From Octopus sinensis (taxonomy: Eukaryota), in NCBI RefSeq assembly GCF_006345805.1, contig NC_042999.1, forward strand, positions 12,400,001-12,464,000: 64,000 bases of DNA, given 5' to 3'. Position numbers and translations under genes: made by a program. The notes below the pieces were generated by a model. The model did not search any database and was not told the DNA's origin. It saw only the letters and a program-made list of their open reading frames with translations. Below, one piece after another: positions 52,200 to 64,000 of the stretch (its first letter is position 1; every line of letters starts with the position of its first letter).

Positions 52200-52760
52200 A
52201 GTTACCTACATTGTGATGATTCATACTGGGTACCAAAATGCTGACATCATGACTGCTGTTCAATGCTCTGTGAACATTTTAAAGGCTGTAAAACGTGGTG
52301 TGGACAGCTGTAACAAATATTACAAAAGCCATTGCCTGCAGGAAGGGACAAAACACACATTTTGACAGTGTCCACACACTGGAATTCATCCTCACATCTT
52401 TGAACAAGACCTTAGGCTCAACTCAGACAGCTATGAGAAGCTATTGGAGAATGAAGCCAACCCCTGGCTGAAAGGTCATATGTGTGGCAGCAGGATTTGG
52501 TTGTGTGCCATGCCTCCAGAAAAAGGTAGAGGTGGTTGTCAGAGAATTTGGATTACTACATACAGCATACAGTTGAAAAAGACACCAACTACTCTGCTTG
52601 TAACACCAAGGCTGAGCTGGTAGCCATGATCGAAGAAGTTTTTGAAGATCTTCCCAGAGACCCAGTAAGGAATGCATGTGCTGAGTTTCAGAACCATCTT
52701 GAGGCTGTGGTGAAAGTGGAGGGCAGCTACTTTAAGCAAACTGTTATCACCCAGTCATAA
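52200..52760 (+). mobile_element. Tc1-like transposase remnant (related piece at about 42290-42490)
   Basis: LDYY...VEKDTN...NTKAEL...VRNACAEFQNHLEAVVKVEGSYF C-terminal signature. Confidence 0.65.
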
Positions 52761-52769
52761 TTCTACTTT

Positions 52770-53560
52770 TCAAGCTTCAGAATAAATGATAACCCAAAGG
52801 AGCAAGGTCTGGAGAATATGGAAGCCTTTCCCACCCCAGCTCCTCAATCTTGATACATGTGACTCTTTTACTCTGAGGTCTGGCATTGTCATGATGGAAA
52901 AAGAAAAAACCTTTCAATTGACTAGAAAGCACCTTTTTTCTGTAAGTTTTTCATTCACTCTATCAATTTGCTCACAGTACACTTGTGGTGTAATTGTCTG
53001 GTTTTGTGGCAAGGTTTCAAAGTGTATTACACCAAACGCTTAACAGAACCTTTGAAGGACGAAGATCTGTTTTGGATTGGGTCTTGCTTCTTCTCCTGGT
53101 TTAACCCATTGACATCAATGTTTAACATTCTTATGGAGTGTCCACTCATCACCAGGCAGTTCAAAAATGAGGATGGATTTTTTTTCTCATGTGAATAAAG
53201 AGCAGTGCAGTTATTGAATGCTCTCTTCAATTGTTTCCACTCAGTTTATGTGGAACCCATTTGCCAAGCTTAGACGTAATTTCAAGTTCTTGCAAATGGC
53301 AGTTGATGAATTAACCTCTTCTGCTAACCGTTCAACAGTTGCATATGGATTTCTTCCAGTAGTGGCTTTTAGCACATCACTATCAAAAGAGCATGCAGAG
53401 CGGCAGACATCTTCCAAGCTAAAGTCTCTTCGTCAAAATTTATGCAACCATCATTGGCACTTGCAAATATTCAAAATACCTTCACCATACAATTCTTGCA
53501 CATGTCTCACAGCATTTATTGCATTGTGGCTTTTTTATACTCGTAAAGCATGATATGTCT
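52770..53560 (-). mobile_element. mariner transposase remnant
   Basis: Minus-strand GKWVPHKL, FFHHDNARP, PYSPDLAP..YHLF. Confidence 0.8.
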
Positions 53561-54172
53561 AATGTGCTCTTCTGTGACCTGCATTTTTATGAAGCAACAG
53601 ATTATTGTGTGTCTGCAAGCCAGAATCTATCTAACCGAAGCTTTCCTTGCTCTCTGGTATTTATGCACCTGTGAAAAGATCTTGTTTAAATGTGTTAGAG
53701 CATGTTTCAACAAGTATGGTCTGAAAACAGCATTACCAAAAAGGAATACCTGGTATGTGTGTATTTGTGTGTGCCAGTATGACATTCTGCATCAGACTTA
53801 AAAAAATAATCTTGTGGTTGACTAATCCCTCGAGGACACTATTCCAGCAATCCGATGGCTGAAATCAGTAAAAGAGCATCTCTGTGTGTGTGGGAGAGAG
53901 AGAGAGACAGTTGGAAAGAGGTGAGGGTAGGCAATGGGATAGATACTCAGACATTGAAAGTCTATCTCAAAGCATCCTGCAACCATGGGAAAGTGTACAT
54001 TAAAACAACAACAATGTTGATCACGATGGAGGAGGCAGCAGCAGCAGCCATAATGATAATGATGACAGTGATTACATAAAAGAAAATTACATCTAATTAA
54101 GCTGAAATGAAACACAGTTATTAGCTTCCTTTTGTTTTTAGTGTAGATAACAAAGTAGAAAACATATCTTAC

Positions 54173-54383
54173 TTTTTCCAGTTTGGAACAGGTTTAAAAG
54201 ATCAAAGAGGGGTGTATTGGAAGGAACTATAGGAACAGAGCGAAAAGCAGAGCTGTCAATAAGTTTGTTGACTGATATACTATCTTTAGGATCCAAAAGT
54301 ATTAAATTCTTCACCAGAAGAATTCCCAAGATATTTTGTTTACAACCCTGGTATATGGGAATCCTAGAGTGTCCTGTTGATAA
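54173..54383 (-). CDS. CNNM-like exon, CBS pair (LSTGHSRIPIY...GILLVKNL...PLFDLLNLFQTGK)
   Basis: cttttcag acceptor and gtaaga donor; GHSRIPIY and LLN.FQ.GKSH motifs; phase 0-1. Confidence 0.95.
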
Positions 54384-56099
54384 CTGAAAAGAAAATTTGC
54401 AAAAAAAAAGTTTAAAACTTCAAGTTTTGTAGTAAGAAATAATAACAATTAATATGGAAAACAATTAAATGGTATCATCATCATCATCCACTTTTCTATG
54501 CTTGTGTGGATCAGATAAAGTTTATTGAGGCATATTTTCTACAGTCAAATGCCTTCCTTGCTACCAACCCATACCTTTTTCCAAGCAAGGCAATATTTGC
54601 CCAGACATGTTTTTGGAGAGTATTGAAAAGGAATGACATTCATTTACAACAATTATGTGATGTGAAGACAAAGGGACACAGACCCTCATTCAGACACAAA
54701 CATACACATACATATATATATACAACAGGTTTCTTTCAGTTTTGTCTACCAAATTCATTTGGAGAGCTTTGGTCAACCTGGAGCTATAGTAGAAGTCACT
54801 GTGTGGCACCTTTGGGCTGGGAAGGAAGCTTCTTAGCTGCACTTGTGCATACATATCATCATCATCATTTAACATCTGTTTTCCATGCTGGTATGGATTT
54901 GACAGGGAACCAGTGAGGTGCAGGGCCCTCTCGAACTCCATTGTCATGGTTTCTATGGCTGGATGCTCTTCCTAATGCCAACCACTTTACAAAATGAACT
55001 GGGTACTTTTTCGAGTCATTGGCACAAGTGAGGTTGCCATGTAACTTACAAGACAGGAAAAAAAAAAATAAGGAAAAAACTCCAACTACTCAGAGGTAAG
55101 TATTTGGGAAGGGGAGGTGGAGGTAGGTGGCTTTGTGTCACATGTTCAAAGGCTAAAGTATTATAAAGGGACAAGCCCAGTTGTTTTGCTAGAGATGAGA
55201 TACACAGCTAAATGAAATGAAAGGAAGGTAGTGATGGGATGCAGGAGCAAAGTCTTAAGGAACAAGAAGGTAGGTCATGGGGGGAGGGATGAGAAAATGG
55301 ATGCTTTTGTACAAGGGGAGGTAGAGCTGTGAGTGACAAAGAAGGGTAGGAGTGTGGATAATGGGAAATATGAGTATAAGGAGGGATAAAGTGGGAGATA
55401 TAGAGTGGATGAGGAAGGAGAAGAGAAAGTGGTGGGATGACGTCAGCAGCTGTCAGGCGTGCGCAGGGAGCGGTCAATTGGGCCTTTCCAACGTGGGTCG
55501 TCCAGGTGACAAGACGTGTGAGGATGTCGCTAAGGGTTTGGGTGAGCAGCTGCTATCTTTAGTGTTCGGGTCGGGGCTGTGTCGAAGGATTAGTTACCGC
55601 AGAAGGGTCTCCATCACGAGGAAAAGAAGGTAGGTGCCTTTATATTCAAATCGCGCACTCACCACAGATATATAAGGTGTAAGGACACATAAGGGGCCAA
55701 AGTGATGGGGTAGGTCATGATGGTAGATATGGGAGAACATTGAGAGTGATGGCAGATAAGATAGGTGTTTAGAATGGAGTATAGCAGAGGGGAAGTGAGC
55801 AGGGGCTGAAGGCACAAAAAGGAGGTGATTGGTAGAAATTGTGTAGGTAACAGGTTGGGGTGTGGCTTCCCTCATGGATGGGATGTAACCTGCTGATTTT
55901 GCTGTCAGGTGAATGCAGCAGCTGAGTAGTACCACAGATAGAGGTGGGGTGTGTGAAAATAGTGGAGGAATGCCAGATGAGTCAGAAAGAGAGGAGAAAG
56001 GATGGGAAAAGAGCCTGAGAAAGGCTGGGAATAGGGCCTCGCGTGTACAGGCTCAACTGAGTGGCTTTATGATATCATTGTTGCTGTCATGCATGGGTT

Positions 56100-56830
56100 G
56101 TCTTGAGTACATTGAAATGCCAATTATCTCAATCCCGTCATCTCTTCCATAAGGTTCAACATCTTGAGATCAGCCTTCAATACTTCATCCCATGTCTTCT
56201 ACAAGTTCTATCCATTTTAAGCAACTGACACTTATTCATGCTTCTGTCTTCATCTATATGCATCACATGACCAAACCAACATAGTCTTCGCTCTCGCACA
56301 CTTCATCTGATTACTCTTATGCCTAGTCTTTCTCAATATATTAGCAATTTATTGTACATGCACACTAACACTGCACATCCAGCAGAGCATGCTAGCTTCA
56401 TTCCTCTCGAGTCTCAGCATTCAGGGCCCACATCTCACTGCCATGTAGCATTGCTGTACATACACTAGCATCATATAATCTGCCTTTTTCCCCAGAGAGA
56501 GACAGACTTTTCATTGCCAGCAGAGGTAATAGCCTTCTCTATCCTTCCCTTATTCTAGCAAATACACTTTCAGAACACCCTCCTCCACTGCTAATTAGGC
56601 TGTCTAAATAGCAGAAATTATCTACTACCTCCAGGGCATTTGAAATAATCAATTTTTTGTGTATTCTTTGGCTTTATGGTACCTGTGCAACTTCCACATA
56701 GAAAGACTACTTTCTCCAGTAACTTTCCTGCAATTATAACGAAGCTCTTGTGAGTCCATAACTTGCACTGGGTATACTATATGGAATTTCTGCCTGCACT
56801 TTTCCTACATATCTAGTAGGGTCATTTACC
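56100..56830 (-). mobile_element. Older RTE fragment retaining a PHD remnant
   Basis: Minus: ICRKSAGRNSI..TQCKLWTHK...LCGSC...VVDNFCYL...AMLHGSE...RRLCWFGHV. Confidence 0.75.
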
Positions 56831-56899
56831 GGGGGGGGGGGGTAGAGAGAGACACACACACACATACACAAAGGGACAGCTTCTCTGTGATGTTGTTTA

Positions 56900-57480
56900 T
56901 ACTTTCTGTAAACAGCTTGTCGTTCATGTTAAGGAAGTCTGAAGGATATGTCACTGGTTCACAGGGAAACAAAAATCACACAGCTTCTTTGCCAAAAATA
57001 AGCATGAGATGAAATAGTGCCTTGTCCTGGTTATAACATTTTCAAAGCATATAGGGTTGGAGTTTGGTGAGGATAAACATTACTCTATGGCTGTGAAAAG
57101 ATGGGAAACTGTAAATCAGACTAGCAACATATCTGTTAATGAGTTGACTGTTCCTCCTGTATCTGATGAAGAATGTTACTGGTATCTAGGGGTGGATGAA
57201 AGCATATCATACTGTGACACCTGTAACAAAACACATGTCAGTAAAGAATATTACAGCTGAATAAGGAAAATCTGGACCTCAGAACTCTCTGCATTCAATA
57301 AAACAGTGGCCCATGATGTGTTTTCAGTGCCAGTAATCATACCAACATTTGGGCTACTTGATTGAATGCTTGATGAGATCTGGGCCATTGATATAAGAAA
57401 TTGGACGGTACTAACCAGTACACATAATGTCCACATCAACAGTGATGTAGACCACCCCTATCTAAAACAAAAATGAGGGA
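56900..57480 (+). mobile_element. R4-like RT/thumb remnant
   Basis: YWYLGVDE...KEYY..IRKIWTSELSAFNK...VPVI.PTFG...DVDHPYL. Confidence 0.7.
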
Positions 57481-58099
57481 ACATCGATTCAGACTCGTGT
57501 CAGTTATTTATTCAAATTCTCCATTCCTCAATGATGTCAAACCTTTATTTTACAATACAAACTCATCACTAACACCTTACTTTACTCTAATCAGTGTTAA
57601 TTAACTTTCCCTACATTGTCTTCATTTAATGAGATAAAAACAAATCAACATTGCCTGTACAGGTGCACAGGTGTTCCACACGTCAGATCACAGAGCAACA
57701 TGACAATGAAGTATTTTGCTCAAGGACACACTGCCTAGGCCTGGAATCAAAACCACAGTCTTGCAATCATGAGTGCAACCCCCTAAACATCAGGCTATGC
57801 ACCCTCTGGAGAACTTAGTTTTGTGAATTAATGCCAAAATGACAATCAGGATAAGCTAGGGTTACAAGTCAACCAACTGACTTGCATGTCATAAATACAA
57901 TCTCGAAGTGGAGCAGTAAAAATAGGCAACCCTTTTCTCAAGTTTAAAATGGGACATTGTTTTAGTTATCTACATTCTAATGATGAAGCTTTGTATCGTT
58001 GTTAGAAACTAGCTCCTTCATCAGAGGAAGAATTTAAATAATTAAAAGACAGAAGAGAGAGAGAGAGAGAGAAATGCATGCCCACACACAATTACAAAC

Positions 58100-58207
58100 C
58101 TTTGCAATAGTGGAATAGTCCATACAGTCATCCACACTGAGCATTACAACATGCTCCAGAGTGAGCATTGCATCTTCAGCTGTCTTGGTTTTCATATCCA
58201 AAGCACC
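58100..58207 (-). CDS. CNNM-like exon (GALDMKTKTAEDAMLTLEHVVMLSVDDCMDYSTIAK)
   Basis: gtttcag acceptor and gtttgt donor; GALD...KTAEDAM motif; phase 0-0. Confidence 0.93.
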
Positions 58208-58875
58208 CTGAAACAGAAAACATTAGATTCCAATGAAGCTGTACTGTCTCTGGGGAACCTTATTGCAAAGGCAATGGTAATTACTCCAAACATGGCCATG
58301 GTATAGTCCCTGAGACTCACCCCCCTCCAGCCATACCTCCTGCCTCAACTCAAACTGCAACAGTGAACTTGTATTGGGATACCTACAGCAAGACAGAAGA
58401 AATTATTTTCTTTCTTTCCAGGCTCTGATATGGTATAGGAATGGCTGTGAGGTTAAGACATTTGCTTGGCAGCCACAGAGTTTCATGTTCAGTCTCATTG
58501 TAGCATGTTGGGCGAATATTTTCTACTATAGCCCTTGGGTGACCAAACCCTTGTGAGTGAATTTAGGAGATAGACATTCAAAGAAAGCAACCATATGTAG
58601 GTGTGTGTGTGTGTGTGTGCATGCCACTGGCATTTATAGAGTGTTAAGTACTTCTGGTGTGCAAATTAGGGACTCCTTTATTAAAATAACTGCTGCATTT
58701 GTTGAATATATAAACAGTTAGGCTACTTGTTTCGCTGGAGACTGTCAGACTGATGTAGACACCTCTGATGAGAACCCAATAATGTTCAAAACTTGATTCA
58801 GGTCGTTCATCATTTCTTTCAGGCTGTGGAGAAATGGCTAGAATTGACCCTGTTTATAATTATACCACATGTTAC

Positions 58876-58921
<46 letters not shown>

Positions 58922-59764
58922 AACTCTGAAATATATGTATATTTAATGTTTGTTTCTACATTCTGTTATAACAAAAACAGTTTTACATTAATCTGATGCG
59001 TTAGTAGAATACAAATTTGCATTGTCACACAAACCCATACACACAGACACACAAGGAGACAGAGGTAAACACATGAATATGCAGAATACATACATACATA
59101 CATGCAAACAAAAATACCCTGTTGTTGATATTGAAATTCCAATGAAGGATCCTTTGATCTAAGTTGGAAACCAGCTCTTTCTCTATTGGCAAGAAATCTT
59201 GAAAAATAAACTGAACATACATGTGTATACACAGGCACACAAACAAACAAAATGAATGCAGTTCTGATAACGGACAGATACAACAACTATTGAAGAGGTT
59301 GCAAGAAGCAACAAAAATTTTGGTAAAAAATAAGTAAATGAGTGGAAATCAAAGTGGTGAGCCTTGCCAGACACAATAAAATTATTATTCTTATAGAAGA
59401 ATGTTGTCGTCAGTGATTTTGAGGTTTTGACCAGTTCTGCCATCAAAATCACCATCAACATTCTTGTAAAAGAATGATAAATAAATAAAGATGTGTGCGT
59501 TTGTGTGTACACACACACATATACACATGCCTATATATGCACACACACACAAACACATACACAAAGAATAGGTTGATAGTGACTTCAAAATTTCAGCTGA
59601 TTAGTTCTCAGCTGACTGTCTGATGATGGTGAGTAAGCTAAACTTTTCAAGTCACTGTCAACCTTCCTCTTGTACTCTACTAAAAGGTATTGCGTGATGC
59701 TTCAATTTAATGTTAAACTGTTTTTGTATACAATTTCAGGTAAAAATTAAAATTTATATATGTA

Positions 59765-59975
59765 TATCATCATCATTTAACGTCCGTTTTCCATGCTTGC
59801 ATGGGTTGGATGGTTTGATTGGGGTCTGGGAAGCCAGGAGGCTGCACCAGGCTCCAGTCTGATCTGGCAGTGTTTCTACAGCTGGATGCCCTTCCTAATG
59901 CCAACCACTCCGTGAGTGTAGTGGGTGCTTTTTACGTGCCACCGGCACAGAAGCCAGTCAAGGCAGCGCTGGCAT
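59765..59975 (-). mobile_element. RTE 3' tail fragment
   Basis: catcatttaacgtccgttttccatgc... standard tail. Confidence 0.8.
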
Positions 59976-60569
59976 CTATACATATATCAATATTTTGCTC
60001 AGGCAAAGTGATACTAATAACCTGGTGTTAGAGCTCAATATACATATGTTTCAGTATAAAGCATTAGTAGATTTATGTTTCAAGCACTAACTTATTAATG
60101 ACCAAGTTATTTCACTAAATTCTTCATTAATTTCAAAATAAACTGTAACGAATGCTATCTATTTCTGTAAAAGTTTGGTAACAAAAGGGTTAAAGTTACG
60201 CATATCACAAAGCAGAAAAATTATAAACCACCAAATTTCACATTTGTTTAAGCAGACCTTATTTAACCCTTTTCATACCAACCTACCTGAGATCACCCTT
60301 GATTCCCTGATTCTATGATACAAACTTCCTGCTTTAAAGTGATATAAATTAAAATCATTTTCCATCAAATTTTGATCTAAAATTATGTCGGAAAGACTAT
60401 CATATTAATGAAAAAGTTAATTTATTGAATTCTTTATTATTTTCAAAATTAATTCAGTAAAGTAATATATTTCAAAAGAAATATTGTAATAAAAGGGATA
60501 AAGTGATCTAAATTTCAGCAGTTTAATATGAATATTGAATAATTTAAACTTATAAACATTCTTCTTTAC

Positions 60570-60777
60570 CTTTATAATCAGAACTTCATCATTACTAAGG
60601 ACAGGTTTTTCCGATTCTTCAGGTGAAGTTGTAAGTGCAGTTTTGTGCAAATCTATCAAAGCTTTTAGTTGCTTCCTTTGGTAAAGTCTGTAGTCTTTTG
60701 TTCCAAATAAACAATCAAGCACTTTGGAAATAGGCCAGCATATGATGAAAAGTAAACCCATTAAAAAATAGACGATA
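60570..60777 (-). CDS. CNNM-like exon, end of the DUF21 transmembrane domain (IVYFLMGLLFIICWPISKVLDCLFG...QLKALIDLH...DEVLIIK)
   Basis: ctctggcag acceptor and gtaaag donor; WPISK.LD and LKAL.DLH motifs; 5' exons not found in the window. Confidence 0.93.
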
Positions 60778-60919
60778 CTGCCAGAGAAGAAAATAATAAC
60801 GAGATAAATGGAGGATTATTAGTTTTAATTTCAAGAAATTTTACATACAGCATTTTGGAAATGTTCATATGATTATATATATATATATATATAAGATATC
60901 TATATATATATATATAAGA

Positions 60920-61090
60920 TATATAGTAAGAAGGGTGCAACCTTATAGAAATAGTAGGGATGGTTGTCAACTTTGTTCTATGGAAACTTATGAAATTTTG
61001 AAACATCAGAGTAATACAAATCTGTTGAATAACCGTTTGGAGCTGGGAGTATCTTGTATACATCGTACAACCCGAACGTTTAAATACTTT
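60920..61090 (+). mobile_element. Penelope-like (Naiad-type) endonuclease C-terminal fragment
   Basis: PY....CQLCSME.YEIL......LLN.R.EL...CIH pattern. Confidence 0.6.
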
Positions 61091-61142
61091 AAATAAGAAT
61101 TTTGTGAATATTCCTATATTCTTCAAATTTTTAATTCTTTAT

Positions 61143-61635
61143 AACCAAATAAGAAGGAATATACCATACTGGCTTTCAATTTAACATTCATAGATGACTA
61201 AAAAAACTTCACTGCAAACTTAAAATTGAATTCTTTTTTCTAAAATTAAACTGTGTGAATCTAAATAGTTGGAACCCTAAATAGTATGAATCCCAAATAG
61301 TAGGAATACTAAATAGTATGAATCCTATGTCCCTAAGGAAACTATTCGGTTCACCTTGATTATCTCACTTCCATTTCTTAATATATAATTAGTCTAAGAT
61401 ATCTTTACAAAACATATATTTAACCAAATAGGAACGAATATACCATACTGGTTTTAGTTTAACATTCATAAATGATTAAAAAACTTCATTATAAACTTGG
61501 AATTAAATTCTTCTTTTTATAATGTTCTCCAATACTAAGTAGTATTAATCCTATGTCCCTAGGGTAACTATTTGGTTCATCCTGATTATCTCACTCTCAT
61601 TTCTTAATATATAATTAACCTAAGATATTTTTACC
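61143..61635. repeat. Diverged tandem duplication, about 280-bp period
   Basis: aaccaaata..a.gaatataccatactgg at 61143 and 61423; aatcctatgtcccta.g...ctaagatat repeated. Confidence 0.75.
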
Positions 61636-62700
61636 TAACTAATTAACTTTTATCTGCAGGTAGTAAGTTTTTTTTCCCAATAGATCCTACTTTTTAAAAT
61701 TCATTAATATCAACTCACTATCCATGAAATTTGAATAATTTACTCTTCTAAACCACCTCCCCTCATATTATAAAATATCACATTCTACTAAATCTATGAA
61801 TATCTTCTTTCTTTGATTTTCCCTCTTCCATCTTTCTTAGTATATATTTTGACCCATAATAGGTTCACTTGATTAATAAGGCTTCCCCCCCCCTCCAGTT
61901 AATAAGTACTATGCCTACTCATAATAAGTGATAGTCTTTTTCTCCAAATTGAATAAATTCTAGATTTATGTTTTTTCCTTTATTCTAACATGTCAAAGGA
62001 ACTTATTGACCAACTGTTGTGATGATATGCATAGGGTTTGTAAGGTCTCTGCATCCTCTGTGAATGTTATTGTGACCACTTGACATTGACCTACTTCTCC
62101 TAACACCGAATCTGTTCATCAAATAGTAGTAATTGGCATTTAGTAGTGACAATGCTGTCTTCTACATAAATTCGTTATATGGATCTCTGAAATCCCCTTT
62201 ACCCCATTTCTATAATTAGAAAATCTTTATTGTCTCCTTCCACTTATTCTTCCCTCTCAGAACCTTACAGTAGTCTGGAACAACCGAATCTTAGTCAGTC
62301 AGTTGATGGACTCCACTACCTCAAATGTTCTTAAAATTTAAATCCATATCTTTGTCTATATATCTACCTTCTCTATAATGTTGCCACTTGATATGAACAT
62401 TTTTGCATTAATGGAAAACCTCTATAATTGGCTGATGAGTGCTCAGCATTTTAAAACTGTTGTAATACTTACAACATTTAATAAAATGATGTAGTACGAA
62501 ATTCTTGTTGCTTATTTTGATATATATATATATATATATATAGTTGAAATTTACAGAAAAACAAAAGATGAAGACAGGTTTATAAACAAGAAGCAGGTGT
62601 ATTAGTTTGACACTCAAGAAGGTGAGAAAGTCTTTTACATTTCAAGCCTACACTCTTTAAACGATAGGAACACAAGGAAATAGAGAGAGAATGAAATAGT

Positions 62701-64000
62701 CCGGCAGGACTAGTCAGGCCATAACCCGTGGCCCCTACCTGGGACGTAGTCGGTCCACCTGTGCATACCTTCCTTCTTGTGACACTTGTGAAGACCTGCT
62801 GAGGCAAGTGAAAATCAATCAAAACAAATCAAAATAGATGAACATCAATGGAATTTGTATCTTTGTGGTACCAGTGCCGGTGGCACACAAGAAAACTATC
62901 CGAACGTGGCTGTAGCCAGTACCGCACCGTCTGGCCTCCGTGCTGTGGGCACGTAACAACCACCATCCGATCGTGGCCGTTCGCCAGCCTCATATGGCAC
63001 CTCCGCATCGACTGGCCTCCGTGCTGTGGGCACATGACAAACACCATCTGATCGTGGCCGTTCGCCAGCCTCATAGGGCACCTGTGTCGGTGGCACATAA
63101 AAACACCATCCGAAGACCCGGCAAGACTAGTCAGGTCATAACCCATGGCCCCTACCTGGGACGTAGTCAGTCCACCTGTGCATACCTTCCTTCTTGTGAC
63201 ACTTGTGAAGACCTGTTGAGGCAAGTGAAAATCAAAACAAATCAAAATAGATGAACATCAATGGAATTTGTATCTTTGTGGTACCAGTGCCGGTGGCACA
63301 CAAGAAAGCTATCCGAACATGGCCGTAGCCAGTACCGCACCGTCTGGCCTCCGTGCTGTGGGCACGTAACAACCACCATCCGATCGTGGCCGTTCGCCAG
63401 CCTCATCTGGCACCTGTGTCGGTGGCACATAAAAACACCTTCCGAAGACCCGGCAAGACTAGTCAGTCCACCTGTGCATACCTTCCTTCTTGTGACACTT
63501 GTGAAGACCTGTTGAGGCAAGTGAAAATCAAATCAAATCAAATCAAAACAAATCAAAATAGATGAACATCAATGGAATTTGTATCTTTGTGGTACCAGTG
63601 CCGGTGGCACACAAGAAATCCATCCAAACGTGGCTGTAGCCAGTACCGCATCGACTGCCCATCGTGCTGTGGGCACATAACAAACGCCATCTGATCGTGG
63701 CCGTTTGCCAGCCTCATCTGGCACCTGTGTCGGTGGCACATAAAAACACCATCCGAAGACCTGGCAAGACTAGTCAGGCCATAACCCGTGGCCCCTATCT
63801 GAGACGTAGTCAGTCCACCTGTGCATACCTTCCTTCTTGTGATACTTGTGAAGGCCTGTTGAGGCAAGTGAAAATCAAATCAAATCAAAACATATCAAAA
63901 TAGATGAACATCAATGGAATTTGTATCTTTGTGGTACCAGTGCCGGTGGCACACAAGAAAACCATCCGAACGTGGCCGTAGCCAGTACCACACCGACTGA
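62701..64000 (+). repeat. Tandem array of RTE 3'UTR-derived units (417, 332, 311 bp and a fourth running off the window)
   Basis: Units start at 62701, 63118, 63450 and 63761 with c(c/t)ggca(g/a)gactagtcag. Confidence 0.92.

Noticed and set aside
62430-62465. CTGATGAG...AAAC hammerhead-like string
   Set aside because: Spacing and stems do not fit the hammerhead fold.
62796-62815. CTG(C/T)TGAGGCAAGTGAAA as a hammerhead core in the array and RTE 3'UTRs
   Set aside because: The invariant A of CUGA is missing in every copy and there is no convincing stem I or III.
62701-64000. CRISPR-like repeat array
   Set aside because: Units repeat along their whole length with no unique spacers, derive from an RTE 3'UTR, and there are no cas genes in this eukaryotic context.

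Overview
AT-rich, repeat-dense eukaryotic genomic DNA. The SINE/LINE content and gene set point to an octopus or other coleoid cephalopod (inference). Three spliced genes can be rebuilt by hand from splice signals and protein recognition: (1) the last three coding exons of DERA (+, 1218-4775, with a GC-AG intron); (2) a complete 5-exon ZC4H2 (+, 19048-42003, 222 aa); (3) six 3' exons of a DUF21/CNNM-CBS Mg2+ transporter-like gene (-, 60777-43738) that converges on ZC4H2 and resembles the plant/fungal (Mam3-like) type lacking a CNBH domain. The rest is mostly transposon-derived: RTE LINEs, a scrambled L1/Tx1, R4-like and Penelope-like (including Naiad-type) remnants, three abutting non-autonomous Helitrons, hAT, Tc1/mariner, MITEs, tRNA-derived SINEs and microsatellites. 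Most ORF-track entries are spurious or TE fragments. Best leads: an RTE family with a complete PHD finger inserted inside its reverse transcriptase, a tandem array built from that family's 3' UTR, a candidate antisense promoter/first exon in the CNNM-like last intron, orphan splice-competent exons between the convergent genes, and a degenerate hammerhead ribozyme. Element boundaries were read by eye and are approximate unless termini are quoted.
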